Part shown: positions 48,466 through 59,299 of the stretch, one piece after another
How positions within the stretch are numbered: position 1 is the stretch's first letter
Layout: every line of letters begins with the position of its first letter
Assembly (NCBI GenBank): GCA_001800135.1
Contig: MGUU01000011.1
Coordinates: 8,842-72,841 of the forward strand
Origin: Elusimicrobia bacterium RIFCSPLOWO2_02_FULL_39_32
GTDB lineage: Bacteria > Elusimicrobiota > Elusimicrobia > 2-02-FULL-39-32
DNA length: 64,000 bases
Direction: 5' to 3'
The notes under the pieces: generated by a model
The model's input: the letters and a program-made list of their open reading frames with translations, nothing else
The model's database searches: none
Told to the model about the DNA's origin: nothing
Position numbers and translations under genes: made by a program

Positions 48466-50106
48466 TTAAACCGACTTTTTCACATAAGTGATCATTTCTT
48501 TAATTCCCGGGAACAGTGGATCTAATTTTTGAACCTGATCAAAACTTTCTAAACTTTTTTTATACTCTTTTAGATTAAAATATGCAATCCCTAAATTATA
48601 ATAAGCTCTTAAAAATTTTGGATCCAATTCTAAAGATTTTAAATAATAATGCGCAGCTAATGAATACTCTTTTTTTTCTAAATGCGCATTCCCTAAATTA
48701 TAATAGCTTTCCATAGTGTTAGGATTCATTTCAATAGCTTTTAAGTAAGATTCAATGGCTCTATCCAGATTCCCTAACTGACGATAATGCAGCCCTAATT
48801 GACTATACGCTCTGTAGTGATAGGGGTACTGGGTGATCACTTCTTGCCATAACTCAATTGGATTTCTAAATTTTTGATTTCTTTCCCAACTTAAATAAGA
48901 ACAACTCCCAATAAAACCTGCCCATAAAAGCAGGAAACCTATATTCTTTCTAATAAAAAGAGCTTCATCCATCTTAACTTTAAACAAGGAAAAAATCAGC
49001 AGCGCCAGAACTAAAAAAAATCCAATATTGGGGAGATAAACTCTATTTTCAACCAAAAGGCTTGTGGTTGGAAAAAAACTTGAGGTTGGAGACAAGGTGA
49101 CAATAAACCAAAGGCATCCAAATAGGTGCAGCAACTTTTTTTTCTGTTTTTTCCAGACCATAAAGATTCCCATTGCAAATAGAAGCAATAGAGTCAGCCA
49201 GGAAAGAAAAATTCTCGGCGTAAAAAAAGAGAGCTGCGGTAAGAGAGCGTGGTCAATGGAAAAGTTTTGAGGAAAAAGATTCATCTTAAGATATTTTAAA
49301 ATCACAAAAGGCTGATTTAAGATATAGGCGCTTCTGGGAAGCGTGGAATAAGCCTCTAAATCTCCCACTCCTCCTAAATAAACCATTCTAAATAAAAGAT
49401 ATAAAAAAAATATAAAGAAAAAGGGAATAGTAGCGCGAATTCTGATGATTACTTTTTTCCAATCACATTCTGAAAGAATTGCAACTAAGATCAAAAGAAT
49501 GGCTGGCAAAGTAACCGCGTTTTGTTTGGAAAAAAGAGCAGCTATAAAAAACAGCATTGAAAAAATAATGTAAAAACTTTTTTTCAACGCGCTCCCCATT
49601 CCCTCTGGATGAGAATAAAAAATAATTTTCCAGTAATGCAGAAAAAAAATCAAAGAACAAAGATAAAAAAATGTTGCAAGAAGTTCAGCTCGGCTAAAAA
49701 TATAAGTGACAGCATTGGTTTGCATGGGATGAGAAATAAAAAGAATAGAAACTAAAAAAGGAATCCAAAAAGAATCGCGCTGATCTTTTAAAAAAATTAT
49801 TTCTCTAATTAAAACAAAAACTAGAAGGGAAGAGAGGATGTGAAGCAAAAGATTAAAAAGATGATAGCCAATGGGATTCAAGCCTCCCCAAAGATAGTTT
49901 AAGGTAAAAGTAAAATAGGTGATTGGCCTGGAAGGATCATTTTGGTTTGCTAAACGTTGTGCCTGCGGATCAAAATTTAAATAAGAACTCTTAAAATTTG
50001 ATAAGCTGCGAATTTCACTATTATCTGCAATTTTTGACAGATCGTCAAAAATAAAAGGCGCATCTAAAGAATGAGAATAAATTAGGAGCGCCCACAGAAT
50101 AAGCAC
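48466..50106 (-). CDS. TMTC-like GT-C membrane protein with C-terminal TPRs
   Basis: FIFDD, RP.....F, GYHLFN..LH, HP..T.AV.YI..R..LL, SKQ.A, ENRVYLP, W......LW, TPR repeats; start uncertain. Confidence 0.8.
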   Translation of the reverse strand: MLILWALLIYSHSLDAPFIFDDLSKIADNSEIRSLSNFKSSYLNFDPQAQRLANQNDPSRPITYFTFTLNYLWGGLNPIGYHLFNLLLHILSSLLVFVLIREIIFLKDQRDSFWIPFLVSILFISHPMQTNAVTYIFSRAELLATFFYLCSLIFFLHYWKIIFYSHPEGMGSALKKSFYIIFSMLFFIAALFSKQNAVTLPAILLILVAILSECDWKKVIIRIRATIPFFFIFFLYLLFRMVYLGGVGDLEAYSTLPRSAYILNQPFVILKYLKMNLFPQNFSIDHALLPQLSFFTPRIFLSWLTLLLLFAMGIFMVWKKQKKKLLHLFGCLWFIVTLSPTSSFFPTTSLLVENRVYLPNIGFFLVLALLIFSLFKVKMDEALFIRKNIGFLLLWAGFIGSCSYLSWERNQKFRNPIELWQEVITQYPYHYRAYSQLGLHYRQLGNLDRAIESYLKAIEMNPNTMESYYNLGNAHLEKKEYSLAAHYYLKSLELDPKFLRAYYNLGIAYFNLKEYKKSLESFDQVQKLDPLFPGIKEMITYVKKSV

Positions 50107-50135
50107 AGCCCCTGCAAAATAAGTTCTAATATTTC

Positions 50136-50801
50136 CTAAAATGGATCCAATGCCCCCGCTTCTTTAAAGCCTTTAGCTCTTAAAATGCAACTATCACATT
50201 CTTTGCAAGGGCTTCTCCCGCCTTGATAACAAGACCAGGTAAGTTCATAAGGAACTTTTAGTTTTAAGCCTAATTGAATGATCTTAGCCTTACTCATTTT
50301 AACTAATGGCGCAAGAATCTTAAATTTTTTTCCTTCCGTTCCTATTTTTGTGCCTAAAAGCGCTGCTTTTTCCATGGCATTCAGATATTGTGGCCGACAA
50401 TCAGGATAGCCGCTATAATCAATGGCATTCGCTCCAATTACAATCGCATCTGCCTGAATTGCATCTGCATAGGAGAGAGCAAAACTTAAAAAAATAGTAT
50501 TTCTCGCTGGCACATAAGTGGAAGGAATTCCGCTAGAAATCATCTTTTCTAGCTTTCTTTTTTTAGGGAGCTTTAAACTTTTATCCAAAAGAGCGCTCCC
50601 TTTCCATGGAAGAGAGAATTTAACTTGAAGGTAAAAAGATTTTGTTTTGCGCGCGATTTTAATTGCGCTCCCTATCTCTTTTTTATGCCTTTGGCCATAA
50701 TCAAAAATCAGAACAAAAGTTTGATACCCCTTACTTTTTGCCCAATAAAGAGAAGTGGTTGAATCTAAACCGCCGGAAAGTAAAACAACTGCTTTTTTCA
50801 T
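50136..50801 (-). CDS. queC: 7-cyano-7-deazaguanine synthase
   Basis: LLSGGLDS, YGQRH..E, TYVPARN, YPDCR, TWSCY..C..C..C. Confidence 0.97.
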   Translation of the reverse strand: MKKAVVLLSGGLDSTTSLYWAKSKGYQTFVLIFDYGQRHKKEIGSAIKIARKTKSFYLQVKFSLPWKGSALLDKSLKLPKKRKLEKMISSGIPSTYVPARNTIFLSFALSYADAIQADAIVIGANAIDYSGYPDCRPQYLNAMEKAALLGTKIGTEGKKFKILAPLVKMSKAKIIQLGLKLKVPYELTWSCYQGGRSPCKECDSCILRAKGFKEAGALDPF

Positions 50802-50901
50802 TTTAATAAATTCTTTTATGAAGATACTATATTCCTAAAATCGAGGCAAATCCAATTAAAAATAAAGGGAATCTTATCTTATGATATAGTAAAATAATCC
50901 A

Positions 50902-51951
50902 ATGAATTTATCTGAATTTGACTATTTTCTTCCCAAAGAACTGATCGCCCAAGAAGGTTTAAAAGAGCGTGAAAACGCAAAACTAATGGTGGTTTATCCT
51001 GACAATAAAAGGGAAGACCATTTTATAAACGAGTTGCCCAGTTTTTTTAAAAAGGGCGATTTGGTTGTGCTCAATGACACCAGAGTACTTTCCACCAAAC
51101 TCATAGGCCAAAAAGAAACTGGGGGTAAAATTGACTGCCTCCTACTGCCTGATTTTTACTCTAAAGAAACAGATTTGTCTCCGGGAGAAAAAGAGGCTCT
51201 GATTCGAGGACCAAAAATTAAAGTTGGAACAAAACTTAAATTTTTTCCAAACCAGATCCCGGAAGAGACGCGTGTTTTACATGCCACTGTGATTGAAAAA
51301 ATAAAAGGAACCTGTTTTCGAATCGCGTTTGATGATCCCAGCTTAATCCCTTTATGCGCCATACTTCCTCTTCCCCCTTATATTAAAAAAAAACTAGAGG
51401 ATCCAGAAAGATACCAAACGATCTATGCTAAAAAAGAGGGGGCTTTAGCCGCGCCTACAGCAGGTCTTCATTTTACCGCAAAACTAATGGAAGAGTTAGA
51501 AAAGTTAGGTGTAGAATTTGTTTTCCTAACTCTGCACATTGGCATAGGAACCTTTGCTCCCATACGCGCTGAAAAATTAGAAGAATGGAAGATGCACCCA
51601 GAATATTATAAAGTAAATGAATTTGCAGCCCAGAAAATTAACCAAGCGATCGGCTTAAAAAAAAGAATTTTTGCTGTGGGCACAACAACGGTGCGAACCT
51701 TAGAATCCTGTTTTAATGGAGAATTTGTGGAAGCTAAAGAAGGATGGACAAATCTTTTTATTATTCCCGGCGCTGTTTTTAAATTTCCTTATGCAGGACT
51801 TCTAACGAACTTCCATTTGCCTAAATCATCTTTAATCCTTCTAGCCTCTGCTTTTATGGGCAAAGAAAAATTGTTAGAAGCGTACCAAGAAGCAATCGCT
51901 AAAAAGTATCGTTTTTATAGTTTTGGAGACGCAATGCTTATTCTCCATTAA
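50902..51951 (+). CDS. queA: S-adenosylmethionine:tRNA ribosyltransferase-isomerase
   Basis: FDY.LP.ELIAQ, NDTRV, PLPPYI, YQTIYA, AAPTAGLHFT, TNFHLP, YRFYSFGD. Confidence 0.96.
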   Translation: MNLSEFDYFLPKELIAQEGLKERENAKLMVVYPDNKREDHFINELPSFFKKGDLVVLNDTRVLSTKLIGQKETGGKIDCLLLPDFYSKETDLSPGEKEALIRGPKIKVGTKLKFFPNQIPEETRVLHATVIEKIKGTCFRIAFDDPSLIPLCAILPLPPYIKKKLEDPERYQTIYAKKEGALAAPTAGLHFTAKLMEELEKLGVEFVFLTLHIGIGTFAPIRAEKLEEWKMHPEYYKVNEFAAQKINQAIGLKKRIFAVGTTTVRTLESCFNGEFVEAKEGWTNLFIIPGAVFKFPYAGLLTNFHLPKSSLILLASAFMGKEKLLEAYQEAIAKKYRFYSFGDAMLILH

Positions 51952-52004
51952 ACCGAAACATTCATTTATGAAAAACAAAATGACAAAAGGCTCATTTTTT
52001 CTAA

Positions 52005-53123
<1,119 letters not shown>

Positions 53124-53161
53124 TTTTCATCCGAATAAGTTAAAATATATTTAAATAGGGC

Positions 53162-53899
53162 ATGAATAAAACAGAATCTAAAATTTTTGAAAAAATAAGT
53201 CATCGTCCATTGGTTGTCGCATCCATTCCTGACGAAAAAAAAATCCTAAACATGGTTCAGAAAGCGAACCAAACTGGGGCGGATCTTTTAGAACTAAGAT
53301 TAGATGCCTTTGCTTTTAAAAATAAAGAAAAACTATTTGGAATTGCTCAAGAAATCCGCAAAAAAACATCGCTGCCAATCATTGCAACGCTCCGCAGCCC
53401 AAAAGAACAAGGACGCCAAGTTCTAAAATCCGATTGGAATGATGACGAAAGAAAAGAAATTTATGAAAAATTATTACCGATTGTGGATTGTATTGATATA
53501 GAGCTTTCCTCAAATTCCATCAATCAGGCTTTAATAAAACATGCCCATAAACTCCAAAAAAAAGTAATTCTTTCTTATCACGACTTTCATTCCATGCCTC
53601 AAGAAAAAGAGATTTTGCTTCTTGTTAAGAAATTTAAGCAACTCTCTGGAGATATTTTTAAAATCGCTGGTCTGGCAAACAGTTGGGAGGAAACCATTCG
53701 CTTTCTTTACACCTGCTCGCGTCTTAATTCTATAAACAGGATTTTTATTGCTATGGGCGAAATAGGAAAATTTTCCAGAATCGCGGGCTTTTGTTTTGGA
53801 TCTTGTCTTACCTACGGATCACTCAGCCAAAAAACAGCTCCTGGACAAATCCCTATTGCCACATTGTCCCGTCAGCTTAAAATGCTTTATTCTTTTTAA
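53162..53899 (+). CDS. aroD: type I 3-dehydroquinate dehydratase
   Basis: ELRLD, T.R...E.G, DIEL, SYHDF, KIA, MG..G..SR, APGQ. Confidence 0.92.
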   Translation: MNKTESKIFEKISHRPLVVASIPDEKKILNMVQKANQTGADLLELRLDAFAFKNKEKLFGIAQEIRKKTSLPIIATLRSPKEQGRQVLKSDWNDDERKEIYEKLLPIVDCIDIELSSNSINQALIKHAHKLQKKVILSYHDFHSMPQEKEILLLVKKFKQLSGDIFKIAGLANSWEETIRFLYTCSRLNSINRIFIAMGEIGKFSRIAGFCFGSCLTYGSLSQKTAPGQIPIATLSRQLKMLYSF

Positions 53900-53900
53900 A

Positions 53901-56900
53901 ATGAGCCTATTTCTACAAGAACTCTCGCGCAAAGTGCTAATTTTTGATGGCGCCATGGGCACCAATATTCAGTACCTTAACCTAAATGAAAAAGACTTTG
54001 ACGGCAAGGAAGGCTGTAATGAAATTTTAGTCTTAACCAAACCAGAAGCTGTAGAAAAAATTCATGAAAGTTTTTTCCAGGCTGGCTGCGACGCGGTTGA
54101 AACCGACACTTTTGGTTCTAACCGAATTGTGCTTGCTGAATATGATCTTGCGGACAAAACCCTAGAACTTAATGAAAAAGCAGCTCTCTTGGCGCGTAGA
54201 GTCGCCAAAAAATTTTCAACAGAAAATAAACCTCGTTTTGTAATTGGATCTGTAGGTCCAACCACCAAACTCCCCACCTTAGGGCATATTAGTTTTGATG
54301 AAATGTTTTCTGTGTTTTCTGAACAGATACAAGGGTTACTGCAAGGAGGGGTGGATGCTGTTTTAATTGAAACCTGCCAGGATATATTGCAATCAAAAAT
54401 TGGCGTGATTGCGGCTAACAGCATGATGGATAAGATGGGACTTCGAGTACCGATCATTTGTCAAGTCACAATGGAACAGACAGGGACTATGCTTCTAGGT
54501 ACAGAGATTGGTTCTGCGCTCACCACTCTTGAAATGCTGCCAATTGATATTATTGGAATAAACTGCGCCACTGGCCCAAGAGAAATGATCGAACATATCC
54601 GCTTCCTCTCTAAAACTACAGAAAAAATGATTTCTGTTCTTCCCAACGCAGGATTGCCAGAAAATGTTGGCGGCAGAGCTGTTTATAAACTAACCCCTGA
54701 TGAATTCGCAAATTATCATGAAAGGTTTGTGCAAGAATTTGGCGTAAACATTATAGGCGGATGCTGCGGCACAACTCCTGAACATTTAGCCAAAGCAGCT
54801 GAAAAAATTGGGACTTGTTCTCCTAAAAAAAGAGAAATTATTAAAGAAAGAAATGCCTCGAGTCTTTATACAGCAGTTTCCTACACCCAAGAGCCGCGTC
54901 CGCTTTTAATAGGAGAAAGAACCAATGCCAATGGCAGCCGTCAATTTAAAAAACTTTTAGAAAAAGAAGATTATGAGGCCATTAGCCAAATGGCAAAAGA
55001 CGCTGTAAAAGAAGGGTCCCATCTTTTAGACGTGTGTGTAGCTTATGTGGGCAGAAACGAAGTTAAAGATATGAATGAGGTTCTATTCCGTTTAAATCAA
55101 CAGGTTACCATTCCATTAGTGATTGATTCCACGGAAAGTCCAGTAATTGAGGAAGCTTTAAAAAGAATTAGCGGCAAAGTGATTATTAACTCCATCAATT
55201 TAGAAGATGGAGAAGAACGAATGAAAAAAATCTGCCCCTTAGCAAAAAAATATGGGGCAGGACTTATTGCTTTAACCATTGATGAAAAAGGCATGGCTAA
55301 AGATCGCTTTAAAAAACTTGAGATTGCGGAACGCATTCATAAATTAGCTACAGAAAAGTATGGAATTAAAGAGGAGGATCTTTTCTTTGATACTCTTACC
55401 TTTACCTTAGGCAGCGGGGATGAAGAGTTTCGGACTGCCGGCATTGAAACCATTGAAGGCATCAGGCTGATTAAACAAAAATTTCCTAAAGTAAAAACCA
55501 TTTTAGGCGTAAGCAATATCTCTTTTGGTTTAGACCCTGAATCCAGAACCGTTTTAAATAGTGTTTTTCTTCATTATGCGATAGAAGCTGGGTTAGACGC
55601 CGCGATTGTGCATGTCAGCAAAATCATTCCCCTTTTTAAAATTGAAGAAGCGGTAAAAGAAATTTGTAAACGGCTTATTTTAAATGAGCAAGCAAAGAGC
55701 GATCCTCTGCGAGATTTAATCGCCTATTTTCAAAAAAACAAAAAAACTGCGCCTGAAGAAAAAAAAGCAATACATTCTCTTTCCTTAGAAGAATCTCTAA
55801 AGAATCGAATTATTGAAGGCTATAGAGAAAATATGGATAAAGATTTGGAAGAGGCTCTTAAAAAATATCCGCCACTTCAAATTATCAATGAATTTTTAAT
55901 GGATGGGATGAAGGTAGTGGGAGAACTTTTTGGCTCAGGCAAAATGCAGCTTCCCTTTGTTTTACAATCTGCGGAAGTCATGAAAAAAGCCGTGGCTTAT
56001 CTAGAGCCCTTTATGGAAAAAGTAAGCGGAATGGAAAAAGGCAAGATTGTGCTGGCTACTGTAAAAGGAGACGTGCACGATATTGGCAAAAATTTAGTGG
56101 ATATTATTCTCACTAATAATGGTTACAAGGTTTTTAATCTAGGCATTAAACAGCCGATTGATACCATCCTTCAAGCCTCCATTGAACACCAAGCAGATTT
56201 AATTGGACTTTCCGGACTCTTAGTAAAATCCACTTTAATCATGAAAGAAAATTTAGAAGAAATGAATAAGCGCGGAATCTCTCTGCCAGTTATTTGCGGT
56301 GGAGCTGCTTTAACCAGAAAATATGTGGAAGAGGATCTACAAAATCTTTATCAAGGAAAAGTTTTCTATGGGCAAGACGCTTTTTCTGCGTTAAAAGTGA
56401 TGGAAGAATTAAAAAAATCCAGCTCTCAAAAAGAAAAAGATAAAAAACCTGCACTTCAAAAAAAGAAAATCATTCAGGATAATGAATCCATTCTAATTCC
56501 GAAACGTTCTAATGCAAGCATGGATCACCCCATCCCTAAACCTCCATTTTGGGGATACAAAATCCTTAAAAATATCTCTTTAAGACAAATATTCCCTTAC
56601 ATTAATACCACTGCTCTTTTCAAAGGACAGTGGCAATTTAAGCAGGCGGGTTTATCAAACGAAGAATATGAAAAAATTTTAAAGGAAAAAGTTGAACCTT
56701 TATTCCAGACCATGCAAGAAAAATGTATTCGGGAAAAAATTCTTGAGCCAAAAGTAATAGTCGGTTATTATCCTTGTTGTTCGGAAAATGATGATTTAAT
56801 TGTTTTTGACGAAAGCCAAAAAAAAGAGCTTACGCGCTTTACTTTCCCCAGACAAAAAAAACCCCCTTTCTGGTGCATTTCTGATTTTTTTAGGCCCAAA

Positions 56901-57323
56901 GAAAAAGGCGAGATAGATGTGGTGGGGTTTCAAATAGTGACTATTGGAGAACGGGCTTCAGAAATAGAGAAAAAACTTTTTGAATCTAACCAATACACAG
57001 ATTATCTTTATCTTCATGGCATTTCTGTAGAATCAGCAGAAGCTCTAGCAGAACTAGTACACCAGATGATCCGTAAAGATTTAGGTTTTCAGGATCAAGA
57101 AGGCCAAAATACAGGAGATTTATTTAAACAAAAATATCAGGGTTCTCGTTATAGCTTTGGTTATCCAGCCTGCCCTAATTTAGAAGATCAAGAAAAACTT
57201 TTTAAAATATTGCCCGCGGAAAAAATTGGCATGAGTTTAACTGAAGAATTTGAGTTAGTGCCAGAACAATCCACCAGCGCCATCATCGTCCACCACCCTG
57301 AAGCCAAATATTTTCTCATTTAA
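53901..57323 (+). CDS. metH: cobalamin-dependent methionine synthase
   Basis: DGAMGT, NCATG, GGCCGT, GERTN, GDVHDIGKN, SGLL, RYSFGYPACP, PEQSTSA. Confidence 0.97.
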   Translation: MSLFLQELSRKVLIFDGAMGTNIQYLNLNEKDFDGKEGCNEILVLTKPEAVEKIHESFFQAGCDAVETDTFGSNRIVLAEYDLADKTLELNEKAALLARRVAKKFSTENKPRFVIGSVGPTTKLPTLGHISFDEMFSVFSEQIQGLLQGGVDAVLIETCQDILQSKIGVIAANSMMDKMGLRVPIICQVTMEQTGTMLLGTEIGSALTTLEMLPIDIIGINCATGPREMIEHIRFLSKTTEKMISVLPNAGLPENVGGRAVYKLTPDEFANYHERFVQEFGVNIIGGCCGTTPEHLAKAAEKIGTCSPKKREIIKERNASSLYTAVSYTQEPRPLLIGERTNANGSRQFKKLLEKEDYEAISQMAKDAVKEGSHLLDVCVAYVGRNEVKDMNEVLFRLNQQVTIPLVIDSTESPVIEEALKRISGKVIINSINLEDGEERMKKICPLAKKYGAGLIALTIDEKGMAKDRFKKLEIAERIHKLATEKYGIKEEDLFFDTLTFTLGSGDEEFRTAGIETIEGIRLIKQKFPKVKTILGVSNISFGLDPESRTVLNSVFLHYAIEAGLDAAIVHVSKIIPLFKIEEAVKEICKRLILNEQAKSDPLRDLIAYFQKNKKTAPEEKKAIHSLSLEESLKNRIIEGYRENMDKDLEEALKKYPPLQIINEFLMDGMKVVGELFGSGKMQLPFVLQSAEVMKKAVAYLEPFMEKVSGMEKGKIVLATVKGDVHDIGKNLVDIILTNNGYKVFNLGIKQPIDTILQASIEHQADLIGLSGLLVKSTLIMKENLEEMNKRGISLPVICGGAALTRKYVEEDLQNLYQGKVFYGQDAFSALKVMEELKKSSSQKEKDKKPALQKKKIIQDNESILIPKRSNASMDHPIPKPPFWGYKILKNISLRQIFPYINTTALFKGQWQFKQAGLSNEEYEKILKEKVEPLFQTMQEKCIREKILEPKVIVGYYPCCSENDDLIVFDESQKKELTRFTFPRQKKPPFWCISDFFRPKEKGEIDVVGFQIVTIGERASEIEKKLFESNQYTDYLYLHGISVESAEALAELVHQMIRKDLGFQDQEGQNTGDLFKQKYQGSRYSFGYPACPNLEDQEKLFKILPAEKIGMSLTEEFELVPEQSTSAIIVHHPEAKYFLI

Positions 57324-57420
57324 AAATAGCTCCAAATCCGTATGGTTATAATTATTAGCTACACTTCTGGATTAAATGGTCAATAATGGATAAAAATTTC
57401 TATGAATGTGCACGGTCCCT

Positions 57421-57747
57421 TTAGGCAAAGACAAGTGCTTTCTCAATCTGTGGAAGAACCTTTCGTTCCTGTTTTGGATTCAGAAGAAAATGATATGCAT
57501 GAAGACCCAACGCCTCCGCGTAACGAGCCACACGCTCCAAGCTGGCGTTGTGTAATCCACCATTTTTAAGATCCCGCCAAATATTTTGCCGATGAATCCC
57601 CGTAGATTTAGCCAAGTCATTGTAGCTCCACCCACGATCTTCTAGCGCCAACAAAATCTGAACCTCCAGCTTAAAAAAACGCTGACGGTATTCAAACTCA
57701 GCTCGAACCTTAGGGTTTTCAAGTTTTCGATTAAGCATGCCTTTCAT
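57421..57747 (-). CDS. XRE/Cro-type HTH protein, probable HigA-like antitoxin
   Basis: WSYNDLAKSTGIHRQNIWRDL HTH; overlaps the upstream toxin gene by 17 nt. Confidence 0.75.
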   Translation of the reverse strand: MKGMLNRKLENPKVRAEFEYRQRFFKLEVQILLALEDRGWSYNDLAKSTGIHRQNIWRDLKNGGLHNASLERVARYAEALGLHAYHFLLNPKQERKVLPQIEKALVFA

Positions 57748-58141
57748 AGTAAGTTCCTCCTTTCACACGCAATAAATAGTCGTTCTTAGAAGCGATGACT
57801 GTTTTCAGCAAAGAGATGTCCTTCTTCATCATCTGTTGAGAATGTTTTCTGTAAGCGTTGACAATAATGATCTTTTTCCCAACCGTCACAAAATTGAAAA
57901 ATCGATGGTCTTTGGGTTTAAATGCATAGATTTTGTTTTCAGCATCCTCTTCATTGTATAAAGTCTTAGGTAACCTCGTTCCCAACGGACTGTCAGCGAA
58001 ATAGACCACAATATCGTCAAGCCGTTTCTGCTCTTCAGGAGAAATGCCCTCATAGTATTTCTTCGCTTTCATTCGTCCAGAGGATTCCCTATACCACTCA
58101 ACCGTAAATGTTGAACCTTGGTAATAGATATAATCAGTCAT
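57731..58141 (-). CDS. RelE/ParE (Gp49/HigB-like) toxin
   Basis: VEWY, KIYAFKP..HRFFNF...KKIIIVNAYRK..Q; toxin-first order. Confidence 0.8.
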   Translation of the reverse strand: MTDYIYYQGSTFTVEWYRESSGRMKAKKYYEGISPEEQKRLDDIVVYFADSPLGTRLPKTLYNEEDAENKIYAFKPKDHRFFNFVTVGKKIIIVNAYRKHSQQMMKKDISLLKTVIASKNDYLLRVKGGTYYERHA

Positions 58142-58147
58142 ACTTAT

Positions 58148-58175
58148 ATTGTAATCATTTAAGATTACTTGTCAA
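58148..58175 (-). promoter_or_regulatory. leaderless TA promoter with palindromic operator
   Basis: TTGACA-16-TACAAT, 6 nt before ATG; GTAATC-N6-GATTAC dyad at 58151-58168. Confidence 0.75.
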
Positions 58176-58368
58176 GAGGGGGGGGGTGCGATTCTTGTCA
58201 TCGAAAATTTTTTTAGGCTGAGTTCTGCAAAAATATCTTGATGGTCAAAACTATTCTTACTTAACTGGCCGCAAGAAACTACTGGCAAATCGGCGTGGAT
58301 CATGGATTAATCTGTTATTCCCTCATCACCAGCACCGTTTACTGCTATAAAACTTGGTTGTAATTTTT

Positions 58369-58764
58369 CTAAATGACATTGATAATTACAAAGATGCCAA
58401 CGAACAACAACCCTAATAGAAAAAATACCGTAAGGGTGGGATAAAGATATTTCATAAAACCCTCATGCTTGACAGCTAAGCGCTTATAATTGTCCTTCAA
58501 ATTCTCAGGCGAAATATCCGCAGCAAGACGATAACCTAATCCTGCTAAAGCTATATAAACATATATAACACCTGTCATGACAGTTAAGACCAATAATATA
58601 AGCCCGTAAATGGAGATGCATTTACATGTCAGATTTGATGGATGATTGAATAAAAAGAAAAATGTAAAAGAAATTACTGCCGTTGATAAACCAATTATCC
58701 ACTTAGAATATGACAACTGTTGCTCATTAATGAACCACGCTGCTTTTTCCTTATCCAAAAACAT
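58369..58764 (-). CDS. hypothetical three-TM membrane protein
   Basis: AAGGAG RBS, three hydrophobic segments, AT-rich. Confidence 0.55.
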   Translation of the reverse strand: MFLDKEKAAWFINEQQLSYSKWIIGLSTAVISFTFFFLFNHPSNLTCKCISIYGLILLVLTVMTGVIYVYIALAGLGYRLAADISPENLKDNYKRLAVKHEGFMKYLYPTLTVFFLLGLLFVGIFVIINVI

Positions 58765-58788
58765 CTCCTTTAATAAAGTTAATTCCTT

Positions 58789-59088
58789 TTAGAACAGCTT
58801 AAGTTTTCTTCTCAAAATTTTATACATAAACGGGGTCAATATTAAGGAAAATAATAAGAATAGAATTGACCGGTGAAAATGGGGCAGAAATAAATTGATA
58901 CTAAAAGTCTCTGTTAAGAAATTTATTATTCCGAAAATAATTACAGACAAAAAGAATGAAACAAAAAATGCTAAGAGTATATAGATAAATTTAGTTACGA
59001 CAGATTCCTCAGGTTTGAATTCAGGGTTTCTCTTCTTAATAAACCAGAATATAATAGAAATGATTACGATAATAAATAATAATCTCAT
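58789..59088 (-). CDS. hypothetical small membrane protein
   Basis: 99-aa ORF with three hydrophobic segments, very AT-rich. Confidence 0.45.
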   Translation of the reverse strand: MRLLFIIVIISIIFWFIKKRNPEFKPEESVVTKFIYILLAFFVSFFLSVIIFGIINFLTETFSINLFLPHFHRSILFLLFSLILTPFMYKILRRKLKLF

Positions 59089-59299
59089 ATTAAAAATTTA
59101 TGGAATTGGGTACGATCTTGATTTTTTGATTTACCCACAAATCTCCTTGTTAAATACTTCTCAAAATTAGAGTATTTTTCATGTATTCGGCACTGCAGGA
59201 TCCTTACACATACCTGCAGCAAACCCTTATTGATAAATGCTAAAATTTTTAAATCTCTATGGCATGGAAGACAACCAGCCCTACGAAAAACAAATCATT

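Noticed and set aside
49586..49618. Short insert SHPEGMGSA in the TMTC-like protein resembling a palindromic-element remnant
   Set aside because: No complementary arm or second copy; too short to support
53796..53900. N-terminal extensions of metH (and likewise prs, rplY, greA, FecR) in the ORF track
   Set aside because: They overlap upstream genes or promoters; downstream starts fit family N-termini and RBS/promoter positions
59193..59219. CTGCAGG-N13-CCTGCAG hairpin in the intergenic region after cinA
   Set aside because: 7-bp stem without a U-tract or second copy; cannot assign as terminator, att site or ncRNA
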